A stretch of 64,000 bases of DNA from Ramazzottius varieornatus (Eukaryota; Animalia; Tardigrada): the NCBI GenBank assembly GCA_001949185.1, contig BDGG01000009.1, positions 186,001-250,000 on the forward strand, in the 5' to 3' direction. Below the pieces are notes generated by a model that worked only from the letters and a program-made list of their open reading frames with translations, did no database searches and was not told where the DNA came from. The translations under genes were made by a program, and so were the position numbers. Of this stretch, positions 62,166 through 64,000 are shown in pieces (within the stretch, counting starts at the first letter, position 1; each line of letters begins with the position of its first letter).

Positions 62166-63669
62166 TCATTGACCAAAATAGCCCGGGGAAAAGAAAAACC
62201 TAGCTGCCGCGATTTTCTCGGCAGATAGGACAACCGAAAGATCAAAGCAATGTAATCTTGCTCAGGTACGTAAACACTCATCTTACCTGGGTTGAAAGTG
62301 GGGCGACGTGTTTACAATCCGATGATATCCGTCGAAACTGAGTGCACCGATAAGACGCGCAAATGCAACAATAAAACTTTTGGCCCTATAGGCATCGATT
62401 TGCCCTCAGCATCGAGCCTCAATGCAGTTCACGAAAGTTGTATAGTATGTCAAAGGTGCTTTTAGCAGAGCGGATATCTTTGTTCAGCGGAATTACAGTA
62501 TGACATGCATGCTACAGAATAATTTCCAGCCATGCGAGCAACTTTGCCGAAGATTAGCTAGTCAGGTCCGTCCAGTGCGCATATACGTACGAGGTACCAG
62601 CTTGCAAGCTCCAGATTCAGGCTCGCAAACTGTGTTGTCGATATCTAATATTTTAAAGCAAACAGATGTGCAAGATTAGACAAAATGACTGTATCAGCGT
62701 ATCCAGTGTCTTTCGGTGAAGACGTCTTCTCAGGCAATGATCGACCTTTGGATTCCGTTACTGTAGCAGTTCCACTGATACAGTAAGTATCCCAACAACC
62801 GCAAAAATAAGAACCAGCACGAGGTTGGTTACCAGATACCGCGATCGAAAGTGCGAAGACGAAAGAAACCAGAGCCTGAAAAAACAAAACCTGTCGGCCA
62901 CCTTCAGCACTTGAAAAAGTGAAGAGCTTCACAAAGCGGCCAAGACGCGCGCAGTATCTCGCGGCTGTGGAAAATAACGGTGTTAGTGAGACTCATAACT
63001 CGACCAGAAAGCAGGTGCCTCGTTGTAGTAAGATTGCGACGGTGTATTAAGCAGTTCAAACAGCGAGTGCATGTCATTCTGTAGCTGACCGGTTCGCGGT
63101 TCAAGTTTATCGATAAAGAAAGCTGTGCTCGTTTATAGATTGCTTTTATATTGTTATATGGACCGCTGCGTTAATATTTTGACAGGCTGGTCTTCCGTGT
63201 AGCTCGCATGTAGCACTTTATTTGCAAAGGCGGACTTTCTTGCCCATCATACTGGTTAGCTCGCTGTTTGCTGACGACGATGGGCGTCTCACCGTGAAAA
63301 GAACCTTGTGATACCATTTAAAAACGTCGGTAAATAGACAGATCATCTTCTCGGATGGCGCACACTGTTAGCCAATAACATCTACCACGTGCGTCGCTTG
63401 AGGAAGCAAACTCGGCAGATTCTGTTTCCCAGTGGCGCATGCTACCAGCAAATATATCATCGAAACCGTGCGCCACTTGAGGTGACGATCCGAGTGGAAA
63501 CCATATGCCGATTTCCCATATCAGTTCCGTAACAGATGGCGCTACGAGTGCTCAGCAGCGAGTATACGACGAATATTCAAAACTCGACATCTAAGGCAAT
63601 CAGGCAGTTATGAAGCCTTTTGGCTTGGCAGAAAAAACGCATATGCTTCGGAATACTATGGAATCAAGT

Positions 63670-64000
63670 TCAAGGAACAAACGAAATGAGCCTTGTAATG
63701 TCTTCCTCGCCGGAAAATATGTCGTTTGATCGGATTTGCACGTCACAAGTTCGCTTCCGTCCTTCAAAGCCCATCACTTGGTACAATGTATGCAGGACCA
63801 GGTCTCTTCCTCGAGGTCCGCACTTTCGGGTGAGGTCGTCCACTGCACAGTCTAAGAAGGCTTGGAACGCCCTGTCAATCAAAACATCAATCGTAATGGC
63901 GCGAAAGAGAGACAGTAAAGTGGCCTGCTTAATTACCGGCAATATTCGACAAAGAGGAAGTCGAGGCTGGCATCTTGAGAAGCTTGAAGAGCCTTGTGTT
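63670..64000 (-). CDS. 3' end of a gene entering from the right edge; Cys-patterned, possibly extracellular protein
   Basis: ...LDFLFVEYCR spliced (gtaatt..gacag) to AFQAFLDCAVDDLTRKCGPRG...ISFVP-stop. Confidence 0.5.
   Translation of the reverse strand, partial: TQGSSSFSRCQPRLPLCRILPVIKQATLLSLFRAITIDVLIDRAFQAFLDCAVDDLTRKCGPRGRDLVLHTLYQVMGFEGRKRTCDVQIRSNDIFSGEEDITRLISFVP

Overview
Gene-dense genomic DNA from a compact animal genome: short GT-AG introns, balanced GC and one N gap at 11320-11369. A tardigrade such as Ramazzottius is plausible but is only my inference. About 19 host genes can be assembled across introns: the 3' end of a Ser/Pro/His-rich regulator, an aminergic GPCR, an SSAT-like GNAT, an SLC16 transporter, a PKA type-II regulatory subunit, an orphan, LSM8, RMND1, a CRF/DH44-like prohormone, a long small-HSP, a second prohormone-like gene, a secreted low-complexity/Cys-rich protein, Bsx/bsh, two tandem SLC13 transporters, Mnt, cohesin SA/STAG, hexosaminidase D and the 3' end of a Cys-containing protein. 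The 4.5-11.7 kb region is a nest of DNA transposons with an intron-containing, decayed pogo/Fot1-like transposase and a foldback repeat. The most striking signal is a modular palindromic element found at about 35 loci, mostly inside the longer introns. It has GAGCTCGGCAAAC...GTTTGCCGAGCTC ends enclosing 1-3 units of AAGTGGCGCAC-N(24-25)-GTGCGCCACTT at a ~77-bp period. Its arms and spacer length are conserved, the spacer sequence has drifted, and some arm substitutions are compensatory. Exon boundaries were assembled by eye and are approximate.
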